A DNA stretch of 55,801 nt from positions 1 through 55,801 of the forward strand of contig JBBCAV010000216.1 in NCBI GenBank assembly GCA_051382305.1. The letters run 5' to 3'. The notes beneath the pieces were generated by a model. The model had not been told where the DNA came from, ran no database searches, and saw only the letters and a list, made by a program, of their open reading frames with translations. Shown here piece after piece: positions 9,441-20,800 of the stretch (position 1 is its first letter; the number at the start of each line of letters is the position of its first letter). A program made the translations under genes and the position numbers. Source of the stretch: Bdellovibrionota bacterium FG-2. GTDB lineage: Bacteria > Bdellovibrionota > UBA1018.

Positions 9441-12400
9441 CTACGACAACAGCACCTCAAGGTCCTGGGCCGTCATCTTGCGGAGGAGACTCGTATCGGC
9501 GGTGATAATGGCGTCGGCAAGCGCCCGCTTTGATTGTTGGAGTTCGAGGATCTTCTCCTCCACCGTATCCTTTGCAATCAATCGGTAGGCGATAACCTTG
9601 TTTTTTTGCCCAATACGATGAGTGCGATCAATCGCCTGAGTCTCCGCGGCGGGGTTCCACCAGGGGTCCAGAATGAAAACATAATTGGCAGCGGTGAGAT
9701 TGAGCCCCACTCCGCCGGCCTTAAGACTCACAAGAAAAACCTTAAGCGCGGGGTCCTCTTGAAACTGCGTCACGCGTTGTCGCCGCTCTTCGGATGAGGT
9801 TTGCCCATCCAGACGTCTAAACTCAATCTTATGCGCCATGAGTTGCTTTTCAATAATATCCAGAAAACTCGTAAACTGCGAAAACACGAGGGCCTTATGC
9901 CCCTCCGAGATGACCTCCTGAAGCTGCGCAAGCAGCGTATCCACCTTCGTACTCTCGGCCCCGATTCGCTTCTTGTCGATCAGACCGCGGTGGCAAGCCG
10001 CTTGCCTGAGTCTTAATAAAGCCTCAAGAATGATAATTTTCGAACGAGCGATCCCCCTGCGCTCAATCTCGCCCCGAAGATGCTCGCGGTAATAATCCCG
10101 CAACTCCAAATAATACTTTCGCTCAGGCGCGCTCAATTCGCAATGCAGTACCTTCTCCGTCTTCTCTGGCAAATCCTTCAAGACTTGAGCTTTGGTTCGC
10201 CGCAGAATAAAAGGTTTGAGCGCTTGCGCGAGCTGCTCCAGCTCAGCGGTATCGAGTTTGCCGTGCGTGGCAGCTCTCGCCATTCGGCCGCGCACTCCTC
10301 GACCGAGGAGTCCCGGACTTACGAAATCCAAGAGTGCAAAAAGATCATTGATTGAATTTTCTACCGGCGTCCCCGTCATTACGAGCCGATGAGAGCCGCG
10401 CATCAGGCAACATGCCTTATGAGAGAGCGATTCGGCATTCTTAATGGCCTGAGCTTCATCTGCGATTATATAATGAAAATCAAACTTTTGCAGTTCCTGA
10501 AAATCGACTCTGAGAATGGGATACGTGACGAGCACAAGATCATTTTTTGGAATTTCTTTAAGCAGCGCGTGCCGCGCTTGCCCCGCGTACGCCAGCACCC
10601 GCAGTTTCGGAGTAAAACGCGCGGCTTCTTCCTGCCAATTAAACAAAAGACTCTTAGGTAGGATTACCAGCGATGGCCGCTTTGGTTGCGTAGTTTTTGA
10701 AGTGTATTCGGATTCCAAGTGAGCCAAGACTTGAATCGTCTTTCCGAGGCCCATATCATCTGCCAAGATCCCGCCAAAACCTAACCGCCTGAGAAAATCA
10801 AGCCAGGACAAGCCTTCTTTTTGATAGGAACGCAGTTCCCCTTGAAAAAAACGCGTAGGGGCTTTGGGTTTTAATTCTCCGAGCTGCGCAATATCCTTCA
10901 TGAGCTGCAAAAAGTCGGGATCGGCGACCATCCCTTGTTCATTGGACAACCACGCCCCGAGAAGCGCGCCTTGCGACTTTGTAAACCGATAGCTCTCCGC
11001 GCCCGCATCCCCAAGACTAGCCAGGGGTGCATATTTTTTGAGCCACTCTACGGGGAGCATTCCTAAGGTGCCATCTCCTAAGGGAATCAAACTCTCACCT
11101 CGCTCAAGCGCCGCAATGAGCGCAGGCAACCCCAAGGAAGTAGACTGCGAATAAGCCACCTTCGCATCAAGATCAAACCAATCTACCCCGGAGCTCACCT
11201 TGATCTTGAATTTCCCGGGCGGTCTCACCACTCGTCCATGGGCTTCGACTTTCCACCCCCAAGTGAGAATCTCTTTTACGACCCCTGGAAACTGGGAAGA
11301 ATGCGCTCGAAACGAGTTTTGCCCCAAATGCTCAGCAGGGGCATCACTCAATCCCTCAAGCGACGCAAGCCGTGCGAACGCGTCCTGCTCTTGTTCAAAG
11401 ATTCTCAGGATCATTCGCCGATTGGCTTTATCCAGAAGTGCCCCGCTCGTATCGGCATTATCTACGCCACGGGCTTTAACCGAGACCGTCTTATCTGAAT
11501 AGGTGAAACGCAGATCAGCCAAAACTCCGCGAGTCACAGAAGTTCCGGGCGGCGACGTGAAGACAACCGACGGTGTGCCGTCGAGCTTCTCTTGCCTCCA
11601 CTGAAGCTCCGTCGGCCACTCGATTTGTGGGCTCTGGGAATAGGTGCAGAGCGCCTCTACAAGTTCATCGCCATCGCTCTCGGGGATCAAACCAAACCCC
11701 TGATCCCGAAGTTTCATGATCCACCCAAAATGGTGCTTTGCTTCGAGGCGGGCGATGCAATCCCTAAAAATAATCAGACCCGAGCGCAGACAAAGCATGG
11801 GCTCACTCAACGGCAACCGATCCATACCGCGTACCAAAAAGCCCGAAAGGTCGAAGTAACGTTTTTGCCCCGACTTTTGCTTTGTAATTTGCAGTAACAA
11901 GCGCCAAGCCTCGCCCTCATCGAACCGGAACGGCTGAGCCTCTTTTTCGGTCATAAACGCAGGAAACAAACGACCGGTCAGCGCCATCTTCCTTAGCAAA
12001 TCCTCCTGCAATCCCGCGGGGACCTGGCCCTTCGGGTGGGGCATATCATAAGCAGAGTAGTAGCCTGACCCCCGAGGTGAAGATGAATGGGGCAGGAGCA
12101 GACTCATCAGCTCCCGATCTTCAGCGTGGGCATAAAGAGGGATATCATTGCGAGCGACCCTCAAGTGCTTAATGGCTCCCGGTGACCCTGTCTGCAGAGT
12201 TTCTTGCTGGTAAAATTCGATCACAACCTCGCCGCTGCTGCGCGTTTCCTCAAGATCAAGGCGGTAGAAAGCCGTTCGAGAACCGGAAGCAGGTTTGCTC
12301 GCGGGAGTGATATTTTTCTGCAAAGTTCGCAGTTGCCTGAGCCATATCTTTTGCTCGGGCTGGGGCTCGCGTTGGGGTTGGTACAAAGTTTGGGGCTTGG

Positions 12401-12785
12401 CTTTTTCCTGCACTCCCGCATCTTGCGCATGCCTCAGCGTGAGGTTTTGCCTTCCCGCAATGCCACTGCTTACACCTTGATCATCCAAGGTTAGGATCAC
12501 GGCCCAGCCATGCTTGCACATGAGCCCGCCAGCATAATAAGGGCAGGAACAATGAATAAGCATCTCATTGCGAGTTTCGGCCAGTCCCCAGTCGACACGA
12601 ACCACATACATTTGCGTACCGCGCACGGAGAACGCCATCGAGGTGTCTTGAACAACCGATGGTGCGACAGTGGGCCTCACCTGACCCGCTTGAAAATAAC
12701 CCTCCCCGCGATTCCGAATATGAGCTTCAAAAGCGTCTCTCACGCGTACACTCAGAGGCCAGGACCCCTCCTTTCGGTCGCTCAC
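9441..12785 (-). CDS. SWIM zinc-finger SNF2-family helicase/ATPase
   Basis: CSCPYY..MCKH SWIM; GILADDMGLGKT, DEAQAIKN, TGTPVEN, LKAGGVGLNLT, QAIDRTHRIGQ. Confidence 0.93.
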   Translation of the reverse strand: MSDRKEGSWPLSVRVRDAFEAHIRNRGEGYFQAGQVRPTVAPSVVQDTSMAFSVRGTQMYVVRVDWGLAETRNEMLIHCSCPYYAGGLMCKHGWAVILTLDDQGVSSGIAGRQNLTLRHAQDAGVQEKAKPQTLYQPQREPQPEQKIWLRQLRTLQKNITPASKPASGSRTAFYRLDLEETRSSGEVVIEFYQQETLQTGSPGAIKHLRVARNDIPLYAHAEDRELMSLLLPHSSSPRGSGYYSAYDMPHPKGQVPAGLQEDLLRKMALTGRLFPAFMTEKEAQPFRFDEGEAWRLLLQITKQKSGQKRYFDLSGFLVRGMDRLPLSEPMLCLRSGLIIFRDCIARLEAKHHFGWIMKLRDQGFGLIPESDGDELVEALCTYSQSPQIEWPTELQWRQEKLDGTPSVVFTSPPGTSVTRGVLADLRFTYSDKTVSVKARGVDNADTSGALLDKANRRMILRIFEQEQDAFARLASLEGLSDAPAEHLGQNSFRAHSSQFPGVVKEILTWGWKVEAHGRVVRPPGKFKIKVSSGVDWFDLDAKVAYSQSTSLGLPALIAALERGESLIPLGDGTLGMLPVEWLKKYAPLASLGDAGAESYRFTKSQGALLGAWLSNEQGMVADPDFLQLMKDIAQLGELKPKAPTRFFQGELRSYQKEGLSWLDFLRRLGFGGILADDMGLGKTIQVLAHLESEYTSKTTQPKRPSLVILPKSLLFNWQEEAARFTPKLRVLAYAGQARHALLKEIPKNDLVLVTYPILRVDFQELQKFDFHYIIADEAQAIKNAESLSHKACCLMRGSHRLVMTGTPVENSINDLFALLDFVSPGLLGRGVRGRMARAATHGKLDTAELEQLAQALKPFILRRTKAQVLKDLPEKTEKVLHCELSAPERKYYLELRDYYREHLRGEIERRGIARSKIIILEALLRLRQAACHRGLIDKKRIGAESTKVDTLLAQLQEVISEGHKALVFSQFTSFLDIIEKQLMAHKIEFRRLDGQTSSEERRQRVTQFQEDPALKVFLVSLKAGGVGLNLTAANYVFILDPWWNPAAETQAIDRTHRIGQKNKVIAYRLIAKDTVEEKILELQQSKRALADAIITADTSLLRKMTAQDLEVLLS

Positions 12786-14164
12786 AACCTAATCTCCGAG
12801 GCTTGTTTTTGCGCAAAATCCATGTTTCGCATCTGCTGCAATTCATCAAAAGAGTCATTCTCTGCCGTAAGACGTTCACGTTTTTCGAGAAGGTTTCGAA
12901 CGACCGGATGCTCGAGGTGGTTTTTGAAAAACGTCTTCGATTGCTTGCTTTGACTTTTAAAAAAAGCATGCGCGTTCAGAAGATGCGCGACTCCGGTATT
13001 GTGATCATTGATTTCTTCATACCCCTTGGGGTGTCCCTTGGGAGCACTCCGCGCCTTGATCCCCACACAAATCCGAGCAGCCAGGGGCTTATTGAGTGCG
13101 CCGTAAAGAAACATCGCCTTGGCCTGAACGATATCGCCCAGCTCAAAATAGGCAAAGGCCGCGAGCAAACTGTCACCCGGAAAAATCTGATGGACGAAAC
13201 GAGCTGCTTCTGCGGCTTGTTTCCAACGTTTCAGGTTTAAATAGATAAACGCCCGGTAAAGATTTGCCGATAAGGCGTCACCGCACTCTTTTTCGAGTTG
13301 ATCGCAAAGAGCAATAGCTTTATCAAAATGTCCCTGGCGATCCAACACCAAGACCAAGTTCCTCATGCCTCGCATGTAAGGGCGGGTGGTATGAACATTC
13401 CAATAACTGGCCTTAGCGATACGCTTCGGAAACAACGTCCTGCCTACTTCCATTGTCTTTCTAAAAGCTAAAGCCGCCTCTTCCAGATTCCCTTCATCCA
13501 TGGCGATGAGGCCCAGATAATTGTGCCCTTCAGCGTAGCTTTCGAAAGCCTCGGTCAAGAAATGAAAAACCGCTTTCGCTTTTGCGAGTTCCCCCTGACG
13601 ATAATACTCCTCAGCTTGCTCCTCAACATCAGAGGGAACATCACGCCCCCTGAACTCGGCCCTCCAGTAAAACGCGTTGTCGTCATTCCATCCCGGCCAC
13701 GGAGTCTTCTCCTGCGCCTTCATCTGATCGGCGGCTTCAAGGCGCCACTGGATCAAATCGGTGAGAAATTCCAAGACAAATCGATGTTCCTGAATCAACT
13801 GCGCAGCCGAGAATCGCTCTTGGGGGTCAGCCGTAGCGAGTTGCCTGGTTATGGCACAAAGATCCTTTCGAAACCGTCCGCCCAGACGCTCTTCGCGATA
13901 TGTGTAAACCTCTGGAAGATGCGAAATATTTTGCTCAACCGCTTTTCGGATGGATTTCCAGTTAAACCGGACTTGGGGAAACTCGTCTTCCATGAGTTGC
14001 TCAAAATGGAAGGCCCCATTTTTTTCGTTTCGCCCAAGGAGTTCAAGCGCCTCGCCCTTGGAGTAAATCGTAAAGAGAATTTCTTGCTCTACTGTACCCG
14101 TCTCGGGGTTTCTACTCCCGTGAACCAGTGTCAGCTGCTTGCCATATCGTCGAACATAAGCCAT
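12782..14164 (-). CDS. Tetratricopeptide-repeat protein
   Basis: TPR-like helices (YAEGHNYLGLIAMDEGNLEEA); GGAGGGGG SD favours ATG 14164 (MAYVRRYG); GTGA overlap with the SNF2 start. Confidence 0.7.
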   Translation of the reverse strand: MAYVRRYGKQLTLVHGSRNPETGTVEQEILFTIYSKGEALELLGRNEKNGAFHFEQLMEDEFPQVRFNWKSIRKAVEQNISHLPEVYTYREERLGGRFRKDLCAITRQLATADPQERFSAAQLIQEHRFVLEFLTDLIQWRLEAADQMKAQEKTPWPGWNDDNAFYWRAEFRGRDVPSDVEEQAEEYYRQGELAKAKAVFHFLTEAFESYAEGHNYLGLIAMDEGNLEEAALAFRKTMEVGRTLFPKRIAKASYWNVHTTRPYMRGMRNLVLVLDRQGHFDKAIALCDQLEKECGDALSANLYRAFIYLNLKRWKQAAEAARFVHQIFPGDSLLAAFAYFELGDIVQAKAMFLYGALNKPLAARICVGIKARSAPKGHPKGYEEINDHNTGVAHLLNAHAFFKSQSKQSKTFFKNHLEHPVVRNLLEKRERLTAENDSFDELQQMRNMDFAQKQASEIRL

Positions 14165-14345
14165 GCCCCCTCCTACCGAACGAAGCAATGTTGTGCAAGA
14201 CAAATTTTTATGCACAACTTTTCTATCGATTAAATCGATCGAGTTTGCGATCTGCGCCAAACTATAGGGAAAATAGCTCATTTTTTAGGGCGCCGGGCAT
14301 CTCAAGGTGACGAAGTCGAGATGCCACAATAATGACGCAGACACT

Positions 14346-14361
14346 CCTGTATCGATACAGG
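14346..14361. promoter_or_regulatory. Perfect 16-bp palindrome CCTGTATCGATACAGG, candidate operator
   Basis: Self-complementary; in a divergent intergenic region, 19 nt upstream of a -35-like TAGACA. Confidence 0.4.
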
Positions 14362-14380
14362 TAGACTCACAGATAAAAAA

Positions 14381-14410
14381 TAGACAACCTCCTTCAATTA
14401 TCGCTATTCT
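14381..14410 (+). promoter_or_regulatory. Putative leaderless sigma70 promoter of the MNT-HEPN pair
   Basis: TAGACA-N18-TATTCT-N7-ATG(14418). Confidence 0.5.
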
Positions 14411-14417
14411 TAAAGAG

Positions 14418-14879
14418 ATGGACCTCGCGCTAAGACAACTTTCCGGTGCATGGCTTCGGGACCATGCCCTCTCACTTCTAAATCCACGCCCCCGATGTCT
14501 TGCTGTGTTTGGCTCCTTCTCAGCGGGAACCCTTCACGCCGAAAGTGACTTTGACGTCCTTGTCATCGGGGATCAAATACCCAAACGCCCATTTGCTCGA
14601 ACACAGTGGTTTTTTCCCCTTGCTGAACTGTGGCGCTCTAACCGTCCGGATCCTACGGCACCCTTTTCCATTGCCCCACTTTTTATTTCGGAGGCGGGTT
14701 GGCGTGGATCAATAGGCCTTCGACTTTCGCTTGCACAGAATTGCTGGATCCTCTGGGATGACGGTTTCTTATCGGAAAGTTTGGAAGAATCTCGAAAGTG
14801 GATCAATAATGGTGATTACCACAAGAAAACGACCCCCGATGGGGGCTGGATGTGGATTCCGCGAGGAATCAGCGCATGA
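14418..14879 (+). CDS. Nucleotidyltransferase-domain (MNT) protein
   Basis: AVFGSFSAGTLHAESDFDVLVI; start moved to ATG 14418. Confidence 0.8.
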   Translation: MDLALRQLSGAWLRDHALSLLNPRPRCLAVFGSFSAGTLHAESDFDVLVIGDQIPKRPFARTQWFFPLAELWRSNRPDPTAPFSIAPLFISEAGWRGSIGLRLSLAQNCWILWDDGFLSESLEESRKWINNGDYHKKTTPDGGWMWIPRGISA

Positions 14880-15250
14880 CCGACGGCCAGGCAAAACGAT
14901 CGCAATATTGGGCTAGGACGGCGGCGCGCATCGCCCAAGAAGCGCAAGAAAGCCACAAACAAGGCTTCTTTGATAAATCGATTCGAAAAGCCCAGGAGAG
15001 CGTGGAACTTTTTTTAAAGAGCAAACTCATTGCAAAAGGAATCGAACCCGCAAAGACTCACGACCTTAGGTTTCTCGCAGAGCCCCTGAAAACCGAACTG
15101 CCAGCCGATGTTTTTCCAGGCTTAGATTTCCTAACTTCAGAGCGCATCCCCTCTTTTTATGGGGCAGACGATTTTATTCCCGACGAGGCTTATGAGGTGA
15201 GCGATTCTGAACGGGCACTTGAAGTATTGCAAAAGCTGGGGATAGCTTAA
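14876..15250 (+). CDS. HEPN domain protein
   Basis: [13 protein letters not shown]...AKTHDL; ATGA overlap with the MNT gene. Confidence 0.8.
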   Translation: MTDGQAKRSQYWARTAARIAQEAQESHKQGFFDKSIRKAQESVELFLKSKLIAKGIEPAKTHDLRFLAEPLKTELPADVFPGLDFLTSERIPSFYGADDFIPDEAYEVSDSERALEVLQKLGIA

Positions 15251-15300
15251 TTTCCCCTTGCCCTCGCCACTACCTCCGGAGTAGCCTCGCCCACAATCAT

Positions 15301-16302
15301 ATGAAAAAAGCACTTATCACCGGAATCACCGGCCAAGACGGGTCCTATCTCACCGAACTGCTTCTCGAAAAAGGCTATGAAGTTCATGGCCTCATTCGAC
15401 GCTCCAGCTCGTTTAACACGCAACGCTTGGAGCACGTCTACAAAGATCCCCATTTTCAGGACGCAAGACTCAAACTCCATTATGGTGACCTCTCCGACTC
15501 TAGCAACCTAAACCGCCTGCTTCGGACGATCAAACCTGACGAAATTTACAACCTAGGCGCCCAGAGCCACGTGCGCGTGAGTTTCGATACGCCCGAATAC
15601 ACGGCCGATGTCACGGGCCTTGGAACGATTCGCGTTTTGGACGCCATTTTGGAGACCGGGATTCAAACACGCTTTTACCAAGCCTCAAGCAGCGAAATGT
15701 ACGGCAAAGTGCTTGAAGTCCCGCAAAAAGAAACGACACCCTTTTATCCTCGCAGCCCCTATGGGTGCGCCAAAGTTTTCGCTTTTTGGACGACGGTCAA
15801 CTACCGCGAAGCCTACGGCATTCACGCGACCAACGGAATTCTGTTTAACCACGAGTCACCTAGACGTGGCGAAACCTTCGTCACGCGCAAAATTACTCGC
15901 GCTGTCGCCCGGATTGCCGCCAAAAAGCAGGACCTGCTTTATTTGGGAAACTTAGACGCCAAACGAGACTGGGGTTTTGCCAAAGACTATGTCGAAGCCA
16001 TGTGGATGATGGTTCAACGCCCCGTGGCCGACGACTACGTTATCGCTACTGGCGAAACGCACTCCGTGCGCGAGTTCGTAAACCTAGCCTTTGGTGCCGT
16101 AGGCCTTGAAGGTGAAAAATACGTGCGCATCGATCCCAAGTACTACCGCCCTACCGAAGTTGATTTGCTCATCGGCGATCCCTCCAAAGCTCAAAAAGAG
16201 CTGGGCTGGAAACCAAAATGCACGTTCCCAGAACTTGTGCGCATGATGGTCATCGAGGATCTGAAACTTGAGGGACTGGATCCAGAGCGGTTTTTGAAAT
16301 AG
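15301..16302 (+). CDS. gmd: GDP-mannose 4,6-dehydratase
   Basis: [44 protein letters not shown]. Confidence 0.97.
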   Translation: MKKALITGITGQDGSYLTELLLEKGYEVHGLIRRSSSFNTQRLEHVYKDPHFQDARLKLHYGDLSDSSNLNRLLRTIKPDEIYNLGAQSHVRVSFDTPEYTADVTGLGTIRVLDAILETGIQTRFYQASSSEMYGKVLEVPQKETTPFYPRSPYGCAKVFAFWTTVNYREAYGIHATNGILFNHESPRRGETFVTRKITRAVARIAAKKQDLLYLGNLDAKRDWGFAKDYVEAMWMMVQRPVADDYVIATGETHSVREFVNLAFGAVGLEGEKYVRIDPKYYRPTEVDLLIGDPSKAQKELGWKPKCTFPELVRMMVIEDLKLEGLDPERFLK

Positions 16303-16311
16303 GGGCATCCT

Positions 16312-17253
16312 ATGGCAATCTCCCCTTCCGACTCGATCTACATCGCCGGTCACCAAGGGCTCGTAGGCTCTGCGCTCGTGCGGAAACTCCAAAGCTTGGG
16401 ATATGCGAATCTAATCACGCGTTCACAACAGGAACTCAACCTCCTGGATCAGCGAGCCACTCATGCTTTTTTTGAAACACAACGCATCGATCACGTCTTC
16501 TTGGCTGCGGCCCGCGTGGGCGGGATTCACGCAAATTCCACTTATCCCGCTGATTTTTTGTACGAGAACCTCGTCATCGCCACCAATGTAATTCATGCGG
16601 CGGCCACGAACAACACGAAGAAACTGCTCTTTTTAGGGAGTTCTTGCATCTACCCACGCCTCGCCCCGCAACCCATCAAAGAAGAGAGCTTACTCACCCT
16701 GCCGCTTGAAAAAACCAACGAAGCCTATGCGATTGCCAAAATCGCAGGCCTTAAATTGTGTGAGTACTATTTCCGACAGTACGGTAAAGCGTTTGTTTCC
16801 GCGATGCCCACCAACTTGTATGGCCCCGGGGATAATTTTCACCCAGAGAATTCGCATGTGATTCCTGGCATGATGAGGCGTGTGCATGAAGCAAAACTCG
16901 CGGGAGCGCGCCACGTCACGATCTGGGGCACCGGAACACCCTTGCGTGAATTCTTGCACGTCGATGATCTGGCCGAAGCGCTCGTTTTCCTCATGAACAA
17001 CTACAGCGCGCCTGAAACAATTAACGCGGGCTCGGGGCAAGAACTCACGATTGGGGAGCTTGCGCAGCTCATGAAAAAAGTCGTGGGCTTCAAAGGCGAC
17101 ATCATTTTTGACCTCTCGCGCCCCGATGGCACTCCCAGAAAATGCATGGATAATTCGCGCCTTCAGGCCCTAGGATGGAAACCCAAAATCAGTTTTGAAG
17201 AAGGCCTGGCTCGGACCTATGAGTGGGCAGTGGCGAACGGGAAGCTGGGGTGA
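16312..17253 (+). CDS. fcl: GDP-L-fucose synthase
   Basis: AGHQGLVGSA, AARVGGIHAN, GSSCIYP, YAIAKIAG, MPTNLYGP. Confidence 0.96.
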   Translation: MAISPSDSIYIAGHQGLVGSALVRKLQSLGYANLITRSQQELNLLDQRATHAFFETQRIDHVFLAAARVGGIHANSTYPADFLYENLVIATNVIHAAATNNTKKLLFLGSSCIYPRLAPQPIKEESLLTLPLEKTNEAYAIAKIAGLKLCEYYFRQYGKAFVSAMPTNLYGPGDNFHPENSHVIPGMMRRVHEAKLAGARHVTIWGTGTPLREFLHVDDLAEALVFLMNNYSAPETINAGSGQELTIGELAQLMKKVVGFKGDIIFDLSRPDGTPRKCMDNSRLQALGWKPKISFEEGLARTYEWAVANGKLG

Positions 17254-17270
17254 AATTAACTCGTGAAACC

Positions 17271-17522
17271 CTATGCAGTCTTATTTGTAACGAATCCCTG
17301 CTGAACGAGGAAATAAGGATCGATGTCATAACCGGTCGGCCAAGTCACAATGCCATTGCGAACAAAAACTTTTTTGAACTCAAGAATTGATTTGAGCGGA
17401 TCCACTACAGGCCCAGACTCATTTTTGATTGACGCCATATCCACGCGAATGATGCGACCATCCTCGAGCGTGACAAGGATGCTATAGTCATCATTGGCAA
17501 CCACCTGAATCGCTTTAGTCAT
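17271..17522 (-). CDS. DUF2442 family protein (antitoxin-like)
   Basis: VANDDYSILVTLEDG...IVTWPTGYDIDP; coupled to DUF4160. Confidence 0.8.
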   Translation of the reverse strand: MTKAIQVVANDDYSILVTLEDGRIIRVDMASIKNESGPVVDPLKSILEFKKVFVRNGIVTWPTGYDIDPYFLVQQGFVTNKTA

Positions 17523-17787
17523 TGTCGGCTCCCTGGATGTACTTTGGCATTTCGTTTTTCGAAACTCTTAACCAGTTTTCGGTCAATTCGCTTTTGTGGC
17601 GATTCGCCCATTCTTGGATTAGTTTAGTGACCTTTGGGGGCAGACTTCCAGCTAGCACCTCGCCAGAATCGATCGAAAACGAAGCATCGCCACCCTGATA
17701 CCTCGCGTGAAAATACCTCGCACTATGCCGACCGTGGGCATAATACATGTAAATGGTAATTCCGAAAAAATCTGAAATGCTTGGCAT
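17515..17787 (-). CDS. DUF4160 family protein (toxin-like)
   Basis: MPSISDFFGITIYMY...YFHARY...EWANRHKSELTENW; TTGACC-N17-TAATTT promoter and GGAG SD upstream. Confidence 0.85.
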   Translation of the reverse strand: MPSISDFFGITIYMYYAHGRHSARYFHARYQGGDASFSIDSGEVLAGSLPPKVTKLIQEWANRHKSELTENWLRVSKNEMPKYIQGADND

Positions 17788-17853
17788 TAGCTCTCCGACC
17801 TAGACCAAAATTAGCATTTCCACACCTAAAGGTCAAAATCTTCTAAAACGCCC

Positions 17854-20800
17854 TCACGACAGCAAATACTCAAAATCCCGCTGACTCAACCCCGCCCCTA
17901 CCTTGTTCGGTGTGTCCGCCTCGAGCCCACTTTCCGTCTCCGCCACTTCAAACATCGCATCAAACTGGGCCGATTTGCGTGCCTTGAGCACCTTGATCTT
18001 CTCTTCCACCGAATCCAAAATCAAATAGCGAAACACTTGCACGGGCTTCACCTGCCCCATGCGATGCGCGCGATCGGTCGCTTGGTTTTCAACCGCGGGA
18101 TTCCACCAGGGCTCCAAATGAAACACGTAACTTGCCTTCACCAAATTCAAACCCACGCCCCCTGTCTTGAGCGTCATCAAAAGCACCGCGCCCAAGGGGC
18201 TGGCCTGAAATTCCGACAAAATCCGCTCGCGCTGCACCCTCGTCGTCCCGCCGTGTATCGTAAAGACCTTGATTCCAGCCGATTGCATCATCTGCTCCAA
18301 GCGATGCAAAGTGTGCAGAAACTGCGTGAAAACAAGCGCGCTTTCGCCGGCGTCGATAATTTCCAGCAAGGACTCCAAGAGAAGTTCGGCCTTCGGCGGC
18401 ACCTCCGTATACTTTACTTGCGGAATTCCCCCCGGATCCGAACACGCCTGTCGCAACCGCAACAGCGCCGTGAGCATCATCAAATGACTCTTGGCTTCGC
18501 CATATTGCTCAATTGAACCTTTGACCTTTTCGTTCCAGGAAAGCGCAATATCGCGATAGATTCGCTCCTGCTTCTTCTCAAAGGGGAGTTTAACTTCGGA
18601 TTCAGTCTTCGAAGGAAGTTCAAGCAGCACTTGATTCTTCGTCCTTCTGAGTAAAAGCGGCTTAGATTTAAGCCGCAAAAACTGTACGTCATCGCGGGAA
18701 ATCTGCTCCGGATTCACATAACGCCGCTGAAACTCGGAGAGCTCCCCCAGCGCCCCCGGCACGACGAGATCCATGAGCGAAAAAAATTCGCCAAGATGGT
18801 TCTCTAGCGGTGTACCCGTCAAACAAAGTTTAAACTGCACCTCAAGACTTCGCGCAGCCGAGGTGCGCTTGGCCGCAATGTTTTTCAGATTCTGAGCTTC
18901 ATCGAAAACTAAAATATTCCAGGCAAATTGCGCAAAAAACTCCTGATGCTCAGTCAGCAAACCATAGGTCGCGACAATCACTCGATCAGTTCCCCTTGAC
19001 GCGATGTCCGCTTTATCTTGCCTTTGAAAAATCTGAATCGGCAGCTCAGGTGCAAAACGCGCAGCCTCGGACACCCAATTATAAGTGAGCGACGTGGGTA
19101 CGACGATCAACACCCGGCCCAGCTTGCCCTCACTGCGTAGTTTTTCCAAAAACGCAAGCGTCTGCACGGTCTTGCCCAAGCCCATGTCATCCGCCAAAAT
19201 CCCGCCCAAACGCAGGCGATACAGATCCAAAAGCCACTGCACACTTTGCTTTTGAAACGCCTTGAGTTCAACGTGAAGAGAGGCAGGCAACACGTCTAGT
19301 GTGCGTGCGGTGGCGCCGTCCCTAGTGCCTAGCGCATCGTAAAATGCACAAATTTCTTGCCACTCTTTGCCGCCCTCCACCACTACGCCTGAAGCGCGCA
19401 GGGCCAGGATTTCAAGCGTTCGACACTTTGGCAGCCGGTAGTAGCGCTCCGAAGTTTTCCCACGAGTCTCTGGCCCCTCACCCGCAGCCCCGCCCTGAAG
19501 ATTGGCCCAAAATCGCTCAAGTCTTTTTACCGAAGGCAGCGCACTTTTCTTCAACAGATAATACTGCCCGTGAAATTCAATCACGCCCTCCCCCGCCAGT
19601 TCCGTAAGCCTGGCCGGGTCGATCTCCGTTCCCTTGAAAAAAACTTTGGGGTGCAGCGCAAACCAATCCAGACGCCCACCCGTTGCGAGTTCTTGTGAGG
19701 CTTCTTGTAAATTATGCGAAACCCGAAATTCGGCTCGTAAATCAGTTTCTTCAAAAGACTCGATTTTTCGCCCATTGTAGTAGAGTTCAAACCTGTGCTT
19801 CGCAAGCGAAGCGAGCGCCTCAAGCGCTCCCTTCAAACTCCGAGTCGTATGCACGAGCTGATACCGCTGCGGGCCCAATCCTGTGCCCGGATCACTGGCA
19901 TTCAAAGCAAAATCCCGCAGACGAATATCTTCGACAGGCCCAAGGAAATCTTCGAAAATTGGGACGCGGGTTTTCAAAAAAACACTCCCCTGCGATTGCT
20001 CCACTGAAGCAAGAATGAGCGCATGAAACATTTGCAGCACCATCTTGGAAACCCCTTGCAACCGAAGTTCGCCCTGAGGCGTAAAGATCACCGAATCAGC
20101 CGCCGGAATTGTTTCGGCAAGCACCAGAATCACACTCTCCAAGAGTTCCATCACGCGCCTTGAACAATAATGAGAAAGTTTCTTTTCTTTTACTGCTTGC
20201 GCGCTTTGCGCCTCCCGCGCATCGCGCACCACCTCCCGCGGAATTTCTCCCTGCTTGGTAAGCAACAACACCCAGCGCCGCCCCACTTGCTCTAAGAGCT
20301 CAGCAGCAGACGTCAGTTTCTCAGCAGCTTCCGCACAGGCGATAAACAAAGCGCTCGCCAGCCCCGTATGCCTGAGAATCTTCAGATCGCGATCCCGCTT
20401 TTCGCCCTTCCGATCTTGCGCAATGTCTGTATTCTTAGAGTGTGATGCGCCTCCAATGCCTTGATTCAAAACCCTAATAAACAGGCCCGTAGCGGCCGGC
20501 AAGTTCCAAAGACTTAGGCACCCCTGAGTCTTTGTCTGAACTTTCAACTCAAAGCGCATTTCGCCACTGGTTTCAACCCAGAGCTGAGGCGTGATTTGAG
20601 ATTCTGGAACGACTTCAGCCAGCGTGCGCTCAACAAGAGGCGCGCCCAATTGAGCGAGCTTTCGATCGACCTCGCGCAGGAGTTCTTCAATATGAGCGTG
20701 ACCCTCGATTCGGTATCTTTGGATGATACTGGGGAGAACGCTGGGAACACCGCCGCCCGATTCCCCCAACTCTAGAAAACTTGGCAAAATATGAGCGACA

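Noticed and set aside
13523-14233. Long + strand ORF (also 5126-5758, 24643-25248, 39861-40424)
   Set aside because: Antisense shadows of well-supported genes, with no motifs
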